Notes: a model not told the origin generated them from the sequence alone. DNA of 64,000 nt from a virus (IMGVR_UViG_3300037808_002146); one strand, 5' to 3'. Positions 1 through 9,818 are shown, numbered from the stretch's first letter. Program-made: numbers and translations.

Positions 1-13
1 CATGACATATAAG

Positions 14-583
14 TTACCTCCTTGCGACTCTATTAGATTGAGACTTCATGTATCGACTAGCAATCACCACCGCGTAGTCATTTGAGAATCTTTCGATATT
101 ATTCTCGAAGTAATTTGTGGTCATGTATAATACATCACCAGTAGTAGTATTATCGTAGTCCATAAACCGGGTTTCGTTTTCTTCGTCAATGATTGTCGTA
201 CCGTTGTAAGACTTTTCGTATGTATAGGAGTCGCTAGTATACCTCTCAGACGGCTTCATCTTTGGTAGTTTTACATTATAGCGAGTGTTATTGACAGTAG
301 TAACGTCAATATCAAACTTATAGGATACCTTGACAACTCGCTCGTTGTCTCCCCAAAATCCCTTAAGATTTGGGTTCTCTATAATCTCTTGCTCGATAGA
401 GAAACTGGGAATAACCTCAACGATTGCTGACTTATTGATTAACTTATTCTCGATTCGCATAAACTGTGTACCCATTACATTTTCCCCTGTAGTTTCTTCA
501 TTGTCGTCGTAACCGTCGTCTTCTTCATTGTTCCAGCGTCCGTCGCCAGATGGATTTCCTGTTGTTGATGGCCAACCTCCCAT
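14..583 (-). CDS. hypothetical protein
   Basis: 189-aa ORF on the dominant strand, coupled to the upstream ORF; no recognisable motif. Confidence 0.6.
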   Translation of the reverse strand: MGGWPSTTGNPSGDGRWNNEEDDGYDDNEETTGENVMGTQFMRIENKLINKSAIVEVIPSFSIEQEIIENPNLKGFWGDNERVVKVSYKFDIDVTTVNNTRYNVKLPKMKPSERYTSDSYTYEKSYNGTTIIDEENETRFMDYDNTTTGDVLYMTTNYFENNIERFSNDYAVVIASRYMKSQSNRVARR

Positions 584-1092
584 TATACTTCTCCTTGTTC
601 AATTCTGTTTTGCCGAGCTTGCCGAGCGCATAATAGCGAGTAGGCTTCGCGTTTCGTTATTTCATAGTGACTTGACTCAACAGCTTCTTTAGCTGTTGGC
701 ACCCATTGGTATTGTTTGAGTTTAGCGTTGAATATAGGTCGTATCTTACCGTTGTCTAGACACTCCGGAAAAGCTGCATCTTCATTATCGATGCAGAGAA
801 GGCTACCGTTAACAAGAGAGCCAACCTCTGGTGGGGTATCCGCGGGATGGAACTCAGCTTTAAAAGCGTCAGGCATCATTTTCTCATGAGCTTCGTAATC
901 CTTATACTCTTTTGAGTTTACGATATCGACCAATCGTGGGGCAATTCCTCTTCCGTGAATCCGGATTATTCGATCATGATCTAGACCAAGTGCAGACCAA
1001 GTGGCCCCTGCGAGCCTGCAATCTCCATGACTAAACATATCAACGACTTCATTATCACTAGCACCCGCTACCCACTCATTCATCTTGCTCAT
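583..1092 (-). CDS. hypothetical protein
   Basis: 169-aa ORF downstream of the promoter at 1171-1199. Confidence 0.7.
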   Translation of the reverse strand: MSKMNEWVAGASDNEVVDMFSHGDCRLAGATWSALGLDHDRIIRIHGRGIAPRLVDIVNSKEYKDYEAHEKMMPDAFKAEFHPADTPPEVGSLVNGSLLCIDNEDAAFPECLDNGKIRPIFNAKLKQYQWVPTAKEAVESSHYEITKREAYSLLCARQARQNRIEQGEV

Positions 1093-1170
1093 AATATGAG
1101 CCTTTCATATCCCGTTAGGATAATCCGTTCCACAAAAAACAAAGAACCATTCCTTGTTCCTTATGTATCT

Positions 1171-1199
1171 ATTATACCACAGCTAGCAGGCGTTTGCAC
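1171..1199 (-). promoter_or_regulatory. promoter GTGCAA-N17-TATAAT with extended -10 (TG)
   Basis: minus strand reads TCGTGCAAACGCCTGCTAGCTGTGGTATAATAGATACATAAGG; the motif recurs about 10 times. Confidence 0.75.
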
Positions 1200-1211
1200 G
1201 ATTTATGTTAT

Positions 1212-2501
1212 TTATTGTCGGCGTCTAAGACCGAGGAAGGCAAGGAAGAAAACGAAGATTCCAGCTAATGAAGAATTGCTGTTCCGAGAAGAGACGCTGC
1301 AACCAGACTCTGGATATTGAGTAGCCATTCCAGATACGCTAATCCTAACTTCATGTTGTACGCTGGCCATGGCTATAGAGGTGCCATCGGTAAACTCACC
1401 GGTGGCTGAAATGACTAGTAAATATTCTCCTGGTTGGTCTGGAGAGAATGTTGGCATGGTTTCATAAATGTGCTCAAATAAGACAGACTCAGATACGTTA
1501 CCAATTGGACTATTTACTGTAGCTTTCGATCCGTTTGGTCTTTCTCTAATTGACCAAATATACTCAGCCTTGGTATTCTCCCTATTCATAAAGAGCCTGA
1601 GGTTTATAGATTCTCCGGTGTTAGCAGCGATGCTTGGAGAGTAGATACGGTAACCCGCATCCGGATCTAAGCAGTTTTCTTCATCCCCAAATACTACAAA
1701 GCAATAATGATCATCGCAACCCTCGTCGCCGCGACCATCGCGATCTTCATCTGTTTGTTCATGATTAAAAACGCCGCTGCAATTATCGACTTGATTCATT
1801 ATTCCATCGTTATCAAGATCTGGATCACACGCATCACCAGCTCCATCCAAGTCAGCATCGTATTGTTCGGGATTATACACGCCTGGACAGTTATCAGAAC
1901 TAAATCCGTAATCGGCAACTCCGTCACCGTCAACATCTGGAGAGCACCACTCTGCATCTTCAGTTGGATCACCTACATGCATCGGACACGGATCAACTAG
2001 ATTATCTAAACCATCATTATCAATGTCCCTATCACATGCGTTACCTTCGCCATCTTCATCAATGTCTGCTTGGTCTGCATTGTGGGTCCTGAGGCAATTA
2101 TCTACGTGATTCAAGACGGTATCACCGTCCATGTCATCATCACAAAGATCGCCACGGCCGTCGCCTTCTAAGTCCCATTGATTTTGGTTGTGAGTATTAC
2201 GGCAGTTATCGCAAAGGTCTCCCACGCCGTCCCCATCGCCATCAAACTGGTCACGATTCGGTTTTCTAGGGCAATTATCATATGAGTCCTCCACTCCATC
2301 ATCATCGTAATCATCGGCGCTCTGGTATGTATCACCGAGATCAGTATTATTAATAAGTATAGAGCCACCACCGCTAGCATTTCCGCCACCCGACATTTCA
2401 GGCGTTCCACATTCTCCGTAATTGTTGTCACATTCATAAGGCGCTTCCTGACCCATGGCTGTCATGGGAAACATTAGCAAAATTGCAACTAATTTATTCA
2501 T
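1212..2501 (-). CDS. thrombospondin type-3 repeat protein with signal peptide and MYXO-CTERM-like sorting signal
   Basis: repeated DxDGDGVGDxCDNC motifs; PKD-like segment (WSIRERPNGS...FSPDQPGEY); C-terminus GCSVS...hydrophobic helix...RRRQ. Confidence 0.85.
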   Translation of the reverse strand: MNKLVAILLMFPMTAMGQEAPYECDNNYGECGTPEMSGGGNASGGGSILINNTDLGDTYQSADDYDDDGVEDSYDNCPRKPNRDQFDGDGDGVGDLCDNCRNTHNQNQWDLEGDGRGDLCDDDMDGDTVLNHVDNCLRTHNADQADIDEDGEGNACDRDIDNDGLDNLVDPCPMHVGDPTEDAEWCSPDVDGDGVADYGFSSDNCPGVYNPEQYDADLDGAGDACDPDLDNDGIMNQVDNCSGVFNHEQTDEDRDGRGDEGCDDHYCFVVFGDEENCLDPDAGYRIYSPSIAANTGESINLRLFMNRENTKAEYIWSIRERPNGSKATVNSPIGNVSESVLFEHIYETMPTFSPDQPGEYLLVISATGEFTDGTSIAMASVQHEVRISVSGMATQYPESGCSVSSRNSNSSLAGIFVFFLAFLGLRRRQ

Positions 2502-2671
2502 CCTCTACCTGTTCCTCTCACCTGGTCTGGGAGGGTTACGTCGTGAATCCACCCACTAATATTTTCCGCTTTTTCTCTACCGACGAATAGAAGAGAAATC
2601 AAATACAAAACTTCGCTGACTGGATGGCTTATTAGATTATGCACTGTCCAGTTTTTCCACAGCTTATTCAT
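2498..2671 (-). CDS. small hypothetical protein (57 aa, WTVHNLISHP...WIHDVTLP)
   Basis: below the ORF-track cutoff; ATGA/TAATG coupled to both neighbours. Confidence 0.65.
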   Translation of the reverse strand: MNKLWKNWTVHNLISHPVSEVLYLISLLFVGREKAENISGWIHDVTLPDQVRGTGRG

Positions 2672-2766
2672 TACAACCTAAACTCCGTTGCACCCATGCA
2701 CCAGACTATAAAAATAACTGCTGATACTATTGCTAAACCTGCTAAACCGACGACTGTCTTATCCAT
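2671..2766 (-). CDS. small membrane peptide (31 aa)
   Basis: MDKTVVGLAGLAIVSAVIFIVWCMGATEFRL; stop overlaps the next start. Confidence 0.5.
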   Translation of the reverse strand: MDKTVVGLAGLAIVSAVIFIVWCMGATEFRL

Positions 2767-2868
2767 CTTTATCTTCCTTTTTTTTCTTATTCTCTCTAGC
2801 ATCTTTTATAGAAAAAAAGAGCAATATGCCCATACTCAAAGCAAGACATATTGATTCTACCATATTCA

Positions 2869-3546
2869 CTACCAGTTAACTCCGGTTGTAATTGCAGTTG
2901 CCCAATAATCATTAACATCAGGAACAAAGCTGAAGTGGACTGGAACACTGAATACACCTGCGTCCATAGTATAACCAATCGCTGCTGTTAGATGAACGTA
3001 TTTGTCCTCTCCCGCTGGGTCGTGGAATGACAATTGCGGACCAACTGCTAATTGAATTGACTTATCAATCTCAAAACCAACTAGTACCCGAGCAGATGGC
3101 GAAATCACACTTTGGTCTAGTCCAGTGATGCTAACATTTTGAATAAACAAAACATCTAGCCACTTGCCACCAGGCATGCATTGCTGCAATTCGAAGCCCA
3201 TCGTAAACATATGAGGACTATTGAGCTTTGATTCATCGCCATCTGCATCAGGTTTATCAGCTTTGTTGGCGTATACATAGCCAAATCGAAGACCTGATCT
3301 CTTAGTCCACTTACGTTTTCCAGAGACACTAGCAGTTGCAACCTTCTTAGAAATCTTGCTGCGGTCATTTCCGGTAGTGGTCGTCGTACTCGTGACTACC
3401 CTTGTCTTTGTAGTATTTGTTACCGTTGGGGTCGTACCTGTATTATCAACTGAGACTTCTGATGTCGTGTCGGTTGCATTTTCCTGTGCCATTGCTGGCA
3501 CAGTAATCGAAAGCCCTAGGGCACAAATTAAAATATTCTTAAGCAT
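2869..3546 (-). CDS. outer-membrane beta-barrel-like protein
   Basis: signal peptide, Thr-rich linker, alternating beta strands, C-terminal aromatic residue (TGVNW). Confidence 0.6.
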   Translation of the reverse strand: MLKNILICALGLSITVPAMAQENATDTTSEVSVDNTGTTPTVTNTTKTRVVTSTTTTTGNDRSKISKKVATASVSGKRKWTKRSGLRFGYVYANKADKPDADGDESKLNSPHMFTMGFELQQCMPGGKWLDVLFIQNVSITGLDQSVISPSARVLVGFEIDKSIQLAVGPQLSFHDPAGEDKYVHLTAAIGYTMDAGVFSVPVHFSFVPDVNDYWATAITTGVNW

Positions 3547-3815
3547 TACTTTTTCTCCTTTTCTGCTTTTTCAATTTTTTCAAGGATTACCAAAATGGTA
3601 TCCATATCTTTTTCTATGTTTCGAAGTTGTGCGGTAAGCAAAGCAACTTCTTGAATAACTTTAGATTTATTTTTTGATTGAATCTTTGCAATATCAGTTG
3701 TTACTTTGTTAGATTCTGCTGTTTGGTTCATTACCATAAACCCAGCAATCCCCAAACAACCTATTAACAAAATAGTCACTATGGTAAGAATTTTTTCAGC
3801 TTTATCTTTTTTCAT
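3546..3815 (-). CDS. membrane-anchored coiled-coil protein
   Basis: N-terminal TM helix followed by a charged helical region. Confidence 0.6.
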   Translation of the reverse strand: MKKDKAEKILTIVTILLIGCLGIAGFMVMNQTAESNKVTTDIAKIQSKNKSKVIQEVALLTAQLRNIEKDMDTILVILEKIEKAEKEKK

Positions 3816-3831
3816 TTAATGGCTTTAAACT

Positions 3832-4266
3832 TTAATCCTCGATGCTCATAATTTCAACTTCAAAATTCAAAGTTTTGCTAGCTAACGGATGATTAAAATC
3901 AAGCGTAACGGTATCTGCTTGTTCACTCATGATTATAGCGGTAATTTGTCCACCATCTGGATTAACCCCTTGGACTGAAGTTCCTACTCCATAATTAAAA
4001 TCTCCTGGAAATTGAGACTTTGGTACTTCTTGGATTGCTTCTTCGTTTCGTATACCATAAGCCTGCTCTGGGTTAATTGTAATCGATTTAGATTCTCCAA
4101 CTTCCATACCTACAACACCGCGATCAAAACCTGAAATCATTTGGCCGGCTCCAACAGTGAAAGTTAGACTCTCACCGCGGTTGTACGAATTATCAAATTC
4201 TTCTCCAGACGAAAGCGTCCCCTTGTAATGTACGCTTATTTTACTGCCATCCTGAATCTTACTCAT
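3832..4266 (-). CDS. FKBP-type peptidyl-prolyl isomerase (SlyD/FkpB-like)
   Basis: VHYKGTLSSGEEFDNS, GAGQMISGFD, LDFNHPLASKTLNFEVEI. Confidence 0.92.
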   Translation of the reverse strand: MSKIQDGSKISVHYKGTLSSGEEFDNSYNRGESLTFTVGAGQMISGFDRGVVGMEVGESKSITINPEQAYGIRNEEAIQEVPKSQFPGDFNYGVGTSVQGVNPDGGQITAIIMSEQADTVTLDFNHPLASKTLNFEVEIMSIED

Positions 4267-4372
4267 GTTTTCTCCTTTAATAAGTGAGCATTAATTATCA
4301 CTATTTTCTAATATTAAAAATAGATGAGAAGATTTACAGATTTTTTTTAGATATGTTAAATGTTTAGAAGAT

Positions 4373-4993
4373 TTAAACTAGATCAGTCTCGTCGATAAGT
4401 GTATAAGTAAAAGAATTACTATACATCTCGGCTGCGATATCACAAGTTTCCATAAATTCATAAAAGTCGACTGAACTTTGAAAAACTTGACAACCCGCTG
4501 AAACTCCGCCTGTATATTCACGATCGTCTGGGCCCCATTGGCGGTGAATATTTATACCGTATCGGCCTTCGTGTATTTCACCTTCGTAATCGGGAGTTCT
4601 ATCTCTATTATCATCTCTCCAAATTTTAACATCTCCAGAACGTTGGCAAACTGCTTTATATTTTCGCTTGCCACCGTGGATATCAATCTTGTATGTACTA
4701 CGATATTGTCCCGGGACTAAGATAGCTGTACCACCTTTTACTATTGGCCGTTGTAATATTCTTGTACCAGGTTCAGTGGTTGCTGGGTAGCAATCAGCAA
4801 CCCATTCATCATTGATCTTATAGAATATGTTAATATTATCGTCGAATGTGTCTGCGGACGCTGAGTCGTTCCTTAAACCAATAATATTGAGATTGTAATC
4901 TCCTCTTTCGAAAAAAGCGTACCCTTGATTTAAGAGGGCGTTTTTAAATTTTTGAACCATTACTTCGGCGTCGGCGCCTGTTAGTCTTGCCAT
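4373..4993 (-). CDS. L,D-transpeptidase-like (YkuD-fold) peptidoglycan-acting protein
   Basis: His...SAGC motif (INIHRQWG...GVSAGCQVF). Confidence 0.6.
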   Translation of the reverse strand: MARLTGADAEVMVQKFKNALLNQGYAFFERGDYNLNIIGLRNDSASADTFDDNINIFYKINDEWVADCYPATTEPGTRILQRPIVKGGTAILVPGQYRSTYKIDIHGGKRKYKAVCQRSGDVKIWRDDNRDRTPDYEGEIHEGRYGINIHRQWGPDDREYTGGVSAGCQVFQSSVDFYEFMETCDIAAEMYSNSFTYTLIDETDLV

Positions 4994-5020
4994 AATTAAA
5001 CTCCAAGTTTGTAGTTCTAA

Positions 5021-5479
5021 TTATCCTTTGGCAAAATTATTAACACAATCGACAATGATTTGTAAGGTTTTCTTTTTCTTCATCCTATGATCGTCTTCGC
5101 AAGCTATCACTTCTATCCCGGTATTATTTCGAAATAATTCCTGAGTGTCTTCGAAAAGTACAATGTCATCAGTTTCAGAGTGCAATACTGTAGAAGGTTT
5201 TAGGCTGTTGGAAACTTTGTACTTTTTCCAAGCTGGCGCGATCAAAACCAGGTTCGCGCCTTTAGGATCGATTGCCATGGCAACCGCGCCACCCCGGGAA
5301 GACCCCACTATCACATCGGGCTTGTTTACATTGATGACATCTTGCGCTACTTTTACCGCGATGTTGAAAGGCTCATTCGGCAATGCAGGATTTAACACTT
5401 CAAATCCAGCTTTTTTCAAAGCTCGAGCTTTAGAACCATTTGGCTTAGAATTTAATCCGTGTAAAAAAAGTACCTTCAT
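5021..5479 (-). CDS. alpha/beta hydrolase (YqiA-like esterase)
   Basis: FLHGLNS, nucleophile elbow GSSRGG, late Asp and His residues. Confidence 0.85.
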   Translation of the reverse strand: MKVLFLHGLNSKPNGSKARALKKAGFEVLNPALPNEPFNIAVKVAQDVINVNKPDVIVGSSRGGAVAMAIDPKGANLVLIAPAWKKYKVSNSLKPSTVLHSETDDIVLFEDTQELFRNNTGIEVIACEDDHRMKKKKTLQIIVDCVNNFAKG

Positions 5480-5661
5480 TCGTCTCCTATCTCCGGGCTA
5501 ATGTACCATGTATTGTTATTTCCAAGAATACAAATGCAATTCCTCCCTGGGCAATCTAGACTGCAGTGTACTCTAGCATCGCTTGAAGCGTAGTTGTATT
5601 TCAACTGTTGAGTACCGCAGCTAAACGCTGCTAAAGAAAGGAAAGCTAAAATCTTTATCAT
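5476..5661 (-). CDS. small Cys-rich lipoprotein-like protein
   Basis: lipobox-like AFSC, four further Cys. Confidence 0.5.
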   Translation of the reverse strand: MIKILAFLSLAAFSCGTQQLKYNYASSDARVHCSLDCPGRNCICILGNNNTWYISPEIGDE

Positions 5662-5710
5662 GTAATTTTCTCCGCGTCTTTTTTAAAGCACTCACTTATT
5701 TCTCCTGGTT

Positions 5711-5920
5711 TCATTTAATCTTCCTTTTCACAGAGAATGAACTAAGTTTTGTAATTTTCTTATTGTTCGAAACCAATACAGCGTATCGTGGGGCTTTGTC
5801 ATTCCACATGACAATATAATTACGAACTGGAGAACATGGGTGATTCGGATAAAGCATCTCTCTATCTAGAATCAAACCGGTGTGACCCGTATCAGTTTCA
5901 ATCATATCACCAACATTCAT
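5711..5920 (-). CDS. small SH3/KOW-like hypothetical protein
   Basis: MNVGDMI...GLIL...YIVMW pattern. Confidence 0.6.
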   Translation of the reverse strand: MNVGDMIETDTGHTGLILDREMLYPNHPCSPVRNYIVMWNDKAPRYAVLVSNNKKITKLSSFSVKRKIK

Positions 5921-6348
5921 TATATTGCCTCCACGTAATCTCTCGAAACGTAGACCTCTCGGCCAGTCTCAAGATCAAGAATCAAACACTGACCGGGATG
6001 CCGGTGGTAGTTCCAATTGCCGACAGCTCTGGCTCGGAGTACCTGGTAAGCTCGGTCAGGAAAGATTCGAACGATAGTCGAAGTCGGAGGAAGCCGGCTC
6101 TCACCGTCGTCTCGCATCGTGATCGACCAGGTATCTTCTCCGGCAGCTTCGGCTTCGGCAATTTGCTTTTTGATATCAGCGCGGTGAGCTCGAGCATCTG
6201 CTTCTGTAAACTTTGACTTTCCCCAGATTGCCGGAGTCTCGTCGCTGTATCGTACCAGCTGATTCGCCCAAGACTCTCCCATCTCGTTAAGCTTAACCAG
6301 GCCACCCTTACGAATTTTCTTTTCTACAGACATCTTAGCGCCTACCAT
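5920..6348 (-). CDS. hypothetical protein
   Basis: 142-aa ORF coupled to its neighbours. Confidence 0.65.
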   Translation of the reverse strand: MVGAKMSVEKKIRKGGLVKLNEMGESWANQLVRYSDETPAIWGKSKFTEADARAHRADIKKQIAEAEAAGEDTWSITMRDDGESRLPPTSTIVRIFPDRAYQVLRARAVGNWNYHRHPGQCLILDLETGREVYVSRDYVEAI

Positions 6349-6548
6349 CGGTCAATATCCTCATTCACATTCACAACTTCAGCATTGCTGTACATCTCGC
6401 TCTTCCAACCGCATGGACCATATGAGCCTTGAAAGACCACCTTGACCTTAACTCGTGAAAGGGTCGCGGCAAGTACTTCGACTTCCTCGCCAGTCCTGAT
6501 GATTCGGACGATGTCGCCCTTGTAGTATTCTTGAGTTACCAGATTCAT
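6342..6548 (-). CDS. small SH3/KOW-like hypothetical protein
   Basis: YKGDIVRII...VEVL; first gene after the promoter at 6611-6639. Confidence 0.6.
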   Translation of the reverse strand: MNLVTQEYYKGDIVRIIRTGEEVEVLAATLSRVKVKVVFQGSYGPCGWKSEMYSNAEVVNVNEDIDRW

Positions 6549-6610
6549 ATTATCTCTCCTACCTACCGCTTTTTGAAAAGAAGACCTATTCCTTCCTTCC
6601 TTATGTATCT

Positions 6611-6639
6611 ATTATACCATAGTCGGGGAGAGTTTGCAT
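6611..6639 (-). promoter_or_regulatory. promoter ATGCAA-N17-TATAAT
   Basis: same TGGTATAATAGATACATAAGG block as at 1171 and 13468. Confidence 0.75.
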
Positions 6640-6771
6640 GATTTTAGTAATAAATTTTAGGAAGTTTGTCTCTTTTTTTTGCTAACCAGTAGATTTCCTC
6701 TAATAGTTTGTTGACTTGATTGTTTTTTTCTATAATTTTTCTTTGTATTTCTTCCCTAGTCATTTAAGTGC

Positions 6772-7326
6772 CTACAATATTTTCTTAAGTTTACTTAGTT
6801 TTGGATTTTTATCAATAATATATTCTATTTCAATATAAAATCCAAGTTCATCGCCTAATAAGGTTGCTATAATTTCTAGATTTTTAGATTTCCAATACGT
6901 GTTAACAGCATATAATTCCAGTCTAATCGGAGTACACACAGAAAAAGAAATTAGATCATCTATTATTGGATCTTTTACTTCTTTTTGATAAGTGTAGTGA
7001 CCATATTTTTTGTTAAGAACTTTTAATACTTCTCTATACTTCCTTATACAGTTGTAATCATCCATGCCAGATGGGCCGAGGATCAATAGAGATTTAGTAA
7101 CTTTTTTTTTCGAAAAATGTATGTGAAGCTCTGTTTCGAACCCCGCTATATCTTCTTTGCCTAAGTAAATGAGATATCCGTGATCAACATCTCCGTACCA
7201 ATATTTGAAATTTTCAACTTCGGGAGGTATTGTATAAACTTTTTTAGAATCAACACCAACCGGAAAAGCTAACGAAGCATTTGAGAAAACGAAAGAAGCG
7301 AATAGTATTATCAAAAAATTTTTCAT
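6772..7326 (-). CDS. exported hypothetical protein
   Basis: signal peptide (SNASLA), 184 aa. Confidence 0.65.
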   Translation of the reverse strand: MKNFLIILFASFVFSNASLAFPVGVDSKKVYTIPPEVENFKYWYGDVDHGYLIYLGKEDIAGFETELHIHFSKKKVTKSLLILGPSGMDDYNCIRKYREVLKVLNKKYGHYTYQKEVKDPIIDDLISFSVCTPIRLELYAVNTYWKSKNLEIIATLLGDELGFYIEIEYIIDKNPKLSKLKKIL

Positions 7327-7378
7327 CTATATAATAAATATTAGAAAAAAAATAAAGGTTTAGCTAAAACTCTCTCTT

Positions 7379-7666
7379 TTAGTTCGGGATATAAAATCCA
7401 GCGCACCATGGTGATTCACCCAAGCTTGGCCAGTCTAAATCTTCAACATCACCAGATGCCGGCATACTGGCCTCCTTGGCTCTTACCATGCCGTAGGGCA
7501 TACCATCAAAATTCTCTGTTGTTGATGAAGGTAGATAGTATGCAGCAACTAATGCGGTACTTTCTACTATCGATGTGTGCGGATTGCTGTAGTCTTCATA
7601 TTTTACAAACTCTGCATCTACCGAAGGTTTCCAGGGTTTAATCCAAATTTTACCTGTAATAGTCAT
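7379..7666 (-). CDS. hypothetical protein
   Basis: 95-aa ORF directly downstream of the fibre gene. Confidence 0.55.
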   Translation of the reverse strand: MTITGKIWIKPWKPSVDAEFVKYEDYSNPHTSIVESTALVAAYYLPSSTTENFDGMPYGMVRAKEASMPASGDVEDLDWPSLGESPWCAGFYIPN

Positions 7667-7683
7667 AACTGTCTTTCCTTTTT

Positions 7684-8994
7684 TTAAGTGGGCGTCATCT
7701 TAAGTGATATTGTCCAATAATGATCAGAATTAGAGTAAGCAGATGTTGCCTTTATGGTATAGTATAAAGATTCGCCTGCAGCTACTGTGTTACCAGAACT
7801 TACAGTGCCCGATAAATCAAACGGCATATCGTTAGTAGCTGTGAGTTCTATGTCAACAATTTTAGTAACGCCTGGATCTGAATCGCTATGAGTACTCCAA
7901 GCATCACCGTATGAAGCGGCCGACATCTTATAGATTGACATTGTTACAGTGTTGTTTGTGTAAGCTCCGCTACCACCTTTTCTTAAGCCCTTGACTTGAT
8001 AACTGTCTAGCGTACAACTGACAGGTACTTGCCAAACGACATAATCCTTGTGATAGCTGTATAGACCGTACTGAAAAGTTGGGTAACTAGTTACTGAATC
8101 AATTGATGTCCAATCAGCTCCGTTTAGCGCAGTTCTATGATAGATATACGAAGTCGACGGACTAGATGTTTGCTTGCCGCGATCAGTAAGTACGAATGTA
8201 TCAGAACCGCCACCTCCGCCCCCAGAAGTCAAATCCGTCTCTGATACATCATATGATTGCCAATATAGCTTACCATCAGATTTAGTATAGAGCCACCCTT
8301 TGCCATCAGCCGGTGCTGAAGGCGTTGCGACTTCAGATGTTATCGCAATCTTACCAGCAACATCTAATTTAGATATAGGGGAGGAAGTACCAATTCCCAC
8401 CTTGCCCCCATTTGTGATGGAAAAACTTTTACCACCACCGGCTGTCGCAGCTTGAAACGCGTAGAAAGAATCAGAGGAACCATCATTTTCTACAGCAAAA
8501 GTAACATTAGAGAAAGTTTGTCCTGAGTTACCTCCATAGATATGTAAGTCGGCTTCCGGAGAAGCGGTCTTAATGCCAATATCTCCAGTGTTTCGATTTG
8601 CTATCAAAACTTCGTTTCCGGAAACGTTATTTGAGTGTCTTTTGATCTCAAAGTTATTGGAAGTGCCGTTATACCCAACAGAATAACCATAAGCCATATC
8701 ACCATTCGCATCAGCCAACTCAGAAAACTGAATCTTTGGTGAGTGCTCTCCTGAATTTACGCCGTTTCCAAGACGTAAGGTCGCATTAGTACCATGAATG
8801 TGAAACTGTTCCTCAGGGGCGTCTGTTCCAACTCCTACCTGACCCGTTTCATCTATAATCATACGTTGAGAGCCAGCGGTATCGAATCTGATCTTATCTT
8901 CGTCTAAAGATTCTTCAACAGTGACTTTGGTGTCGCTATCTTTATCTTCGAGCGTATCTTCTTTAATCCGGTTAGCTTTAATTACTGTTACCAT
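7684..8994 (-). CDS. tail-fibre/virion fibre-like protein
   Basis: repeated G(Q/K)VG(V/I)GTxxP motifs, Gly linker, beta-rich C-terminal domain. Confidence 0.6.
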   Translation of the reverse strand: MVTVIKANRIKEDTLEDKDSDTKVTVEESLDEDKIRFDTAGSQRMIIDETGQVGVGTDAPEEQFHIHGTNATLRLGNGVNSGEHSPKIQFSELADANGDMAYGYSVGYNGTSNNFEIKRHSNNVSGNEVLIANRNTGDIGIKTASPEADLHIYGGNSGQTFSNVTFAVENDGSSDSFYAFQAATAGGGKSFSITNGGKVGIGTSSPISKLDVAGKIAITSEVATPSAPADGKGWLYTKSDGKLYWQSYDVSETDLTSGGGGGGSDTFVLTDRGKQTSSPSTSYIYHRTALNGADWTSIDSVTSYPTFQYGLYSYHKDYVVWQVPVSCTLDSYQVKGLRKGGSGAYTNNTVTMSIYKMSAASYGDAWSTHSDSDPGVTKIVDIELTATNDMPFDLSGTVSSGNTVAAGESLYYTIKATSAYSNSDHYWTISLKMTPT

Positions 8995-9016
8995 AAAATA
9001 CTCCGTTCTAAAATAG

Positions 9017-9064
9017 TAGCTGAGGAGGGACTCGAACCCTCAATCCTCGCGGCGGCAGATTTTA
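9017..9064 (-). tRNA. 3' half of split tRNA-Leu(UAA), positions 34-73
   Basis: TAA-AA-TCTGC, long variable arm, GAGGG-TTCGAGT-CCCTC, CTCAGCT-A; pairs with the 5' half at 9819-9852. Confidence 0.8.
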
Positions 9065-9118
9065 CTTTGTACAAACTATCCTCATTTGGCTCTATGTGGT
9101 TACCTTTTGTACCTTTAT

Positions 9119-9364
9119 TCATTCTTCGCTCTCCTTCAACTCGCTATACCAACAAGGTTCCATATGCGCATGACCCGGGTCATGCGGGTTGGGTATAAAC
9201 TGCGCATCAAGCGATCCATCGCCATCATAATAACAATAAAAAGAACCGGTGGAAATCATATAATAAATTCCCTCTTCCTTACCTTCGAAAGAGTCTCTAT
9301 CGGAGATCTCACCTCTGTATTCTACATGCTTTCCTTTATAGGTCTTTGGGCGGTTATCGCTCAT
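9119..9364 (-). CDS. hypothetical protein inside the tRNA insert
   Basis: likely start MSDNRPK after the GGAG RBS; ORF track 9119..9430. Confidence 0.6.
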   Translation of the reverse strand: MSDNRPKTYKGKHVEYRGEISDRDSFEGKEEGIYYMISTGSFYCYYDGDGSLDAQFIPNPHDPGHAHMEPCWYSELKESEE

Positions 9365-9365
9365 T

Positions 9366-9587
9366 TCATTCTCCTTTCCCCCAACTTCCAAACTCTTCAA
9401 TATATTCTCTTTGAAGTTCAGAGGGGTCAAAATATGAAAGTTGGTCCTTGAACCACCGATATCGTTTATAAACCTCTTTCATCTTGTCAAAAGCAGGATA
9501 AGCAACATTTTCGTCCAAGCAACCTTCGTTAAAGGCAGCCCGCAACTCTTGTCTAATAGCATCAAATTCTTGTTCAGTGATTTTCAT
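9366..9587 (-). CDS. hypothetical protein inside the tRNA insert
   Basis: likely start MKITEQEF; ORF track 9366..9638. Confidence 0.6.
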   Translation of the reverse strand: MKITEQEFDAIRQELRAAFNEGCLDENVAYPAFDKMKEVYKRYRWFKDQLSYFDPSELQREYIEEFGSWGKGE

Positions 9588-9676
9588 TTTCTTTATCCTT
9601 GGACAAAACTTACCCCCCCTAGCACCAATGGTATACACTTTTTGTTTTGCTATATGTCACAGCGCTCCTTAATACA

Positions 9677-9762
9677 TGGTACGGGTAGCCGGACTCGAAC
9701 CGGCAAGATCAAAGATCGAGGCATTTTAAGTGCCTTGCGTATACCAATTCCGCCATACCCGC
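9677..9762 (-). tRNA. tRNA-Leu(UAA), intact, nested in the insert
   Basis: GCGGGTA / TACCCGT-A-CCA acceptor, AGGCA-CT-TAA-AA-TGCCT, long variable arm, TTCGAGT T-loop. Confidence 0.95.
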
Positions 9763-9818
9763 ATATCTCACTTATATCACACTTCAACGCTAGGCTTTGT
9801 ATAACACTTTATAAATAA

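Larger units (their letters stand above)
9065..9818 (-). other. 754-bp insert interrupting tRNA-Leu(UAA) at U33/U34
   Basis: lies exactly between two complementary tRNA halves; contains an intact tRNA-Leu and two ORFs. Confidence 0.75.

Noticed and set aside
9065-9818. Canonical self-splicing group I intron in tRNA-Leu(UAA)
   Set aside because: The U-before and G-at-end boundaries fit, but U33 pairs with A rather than G in the only P1-like hairpin. No R/S (P7) elements were recognised, there is no homing endonuclease, and nearly all the space is taken by a tRNA and ORFs. A covariance search is still needed for formal exclusion.
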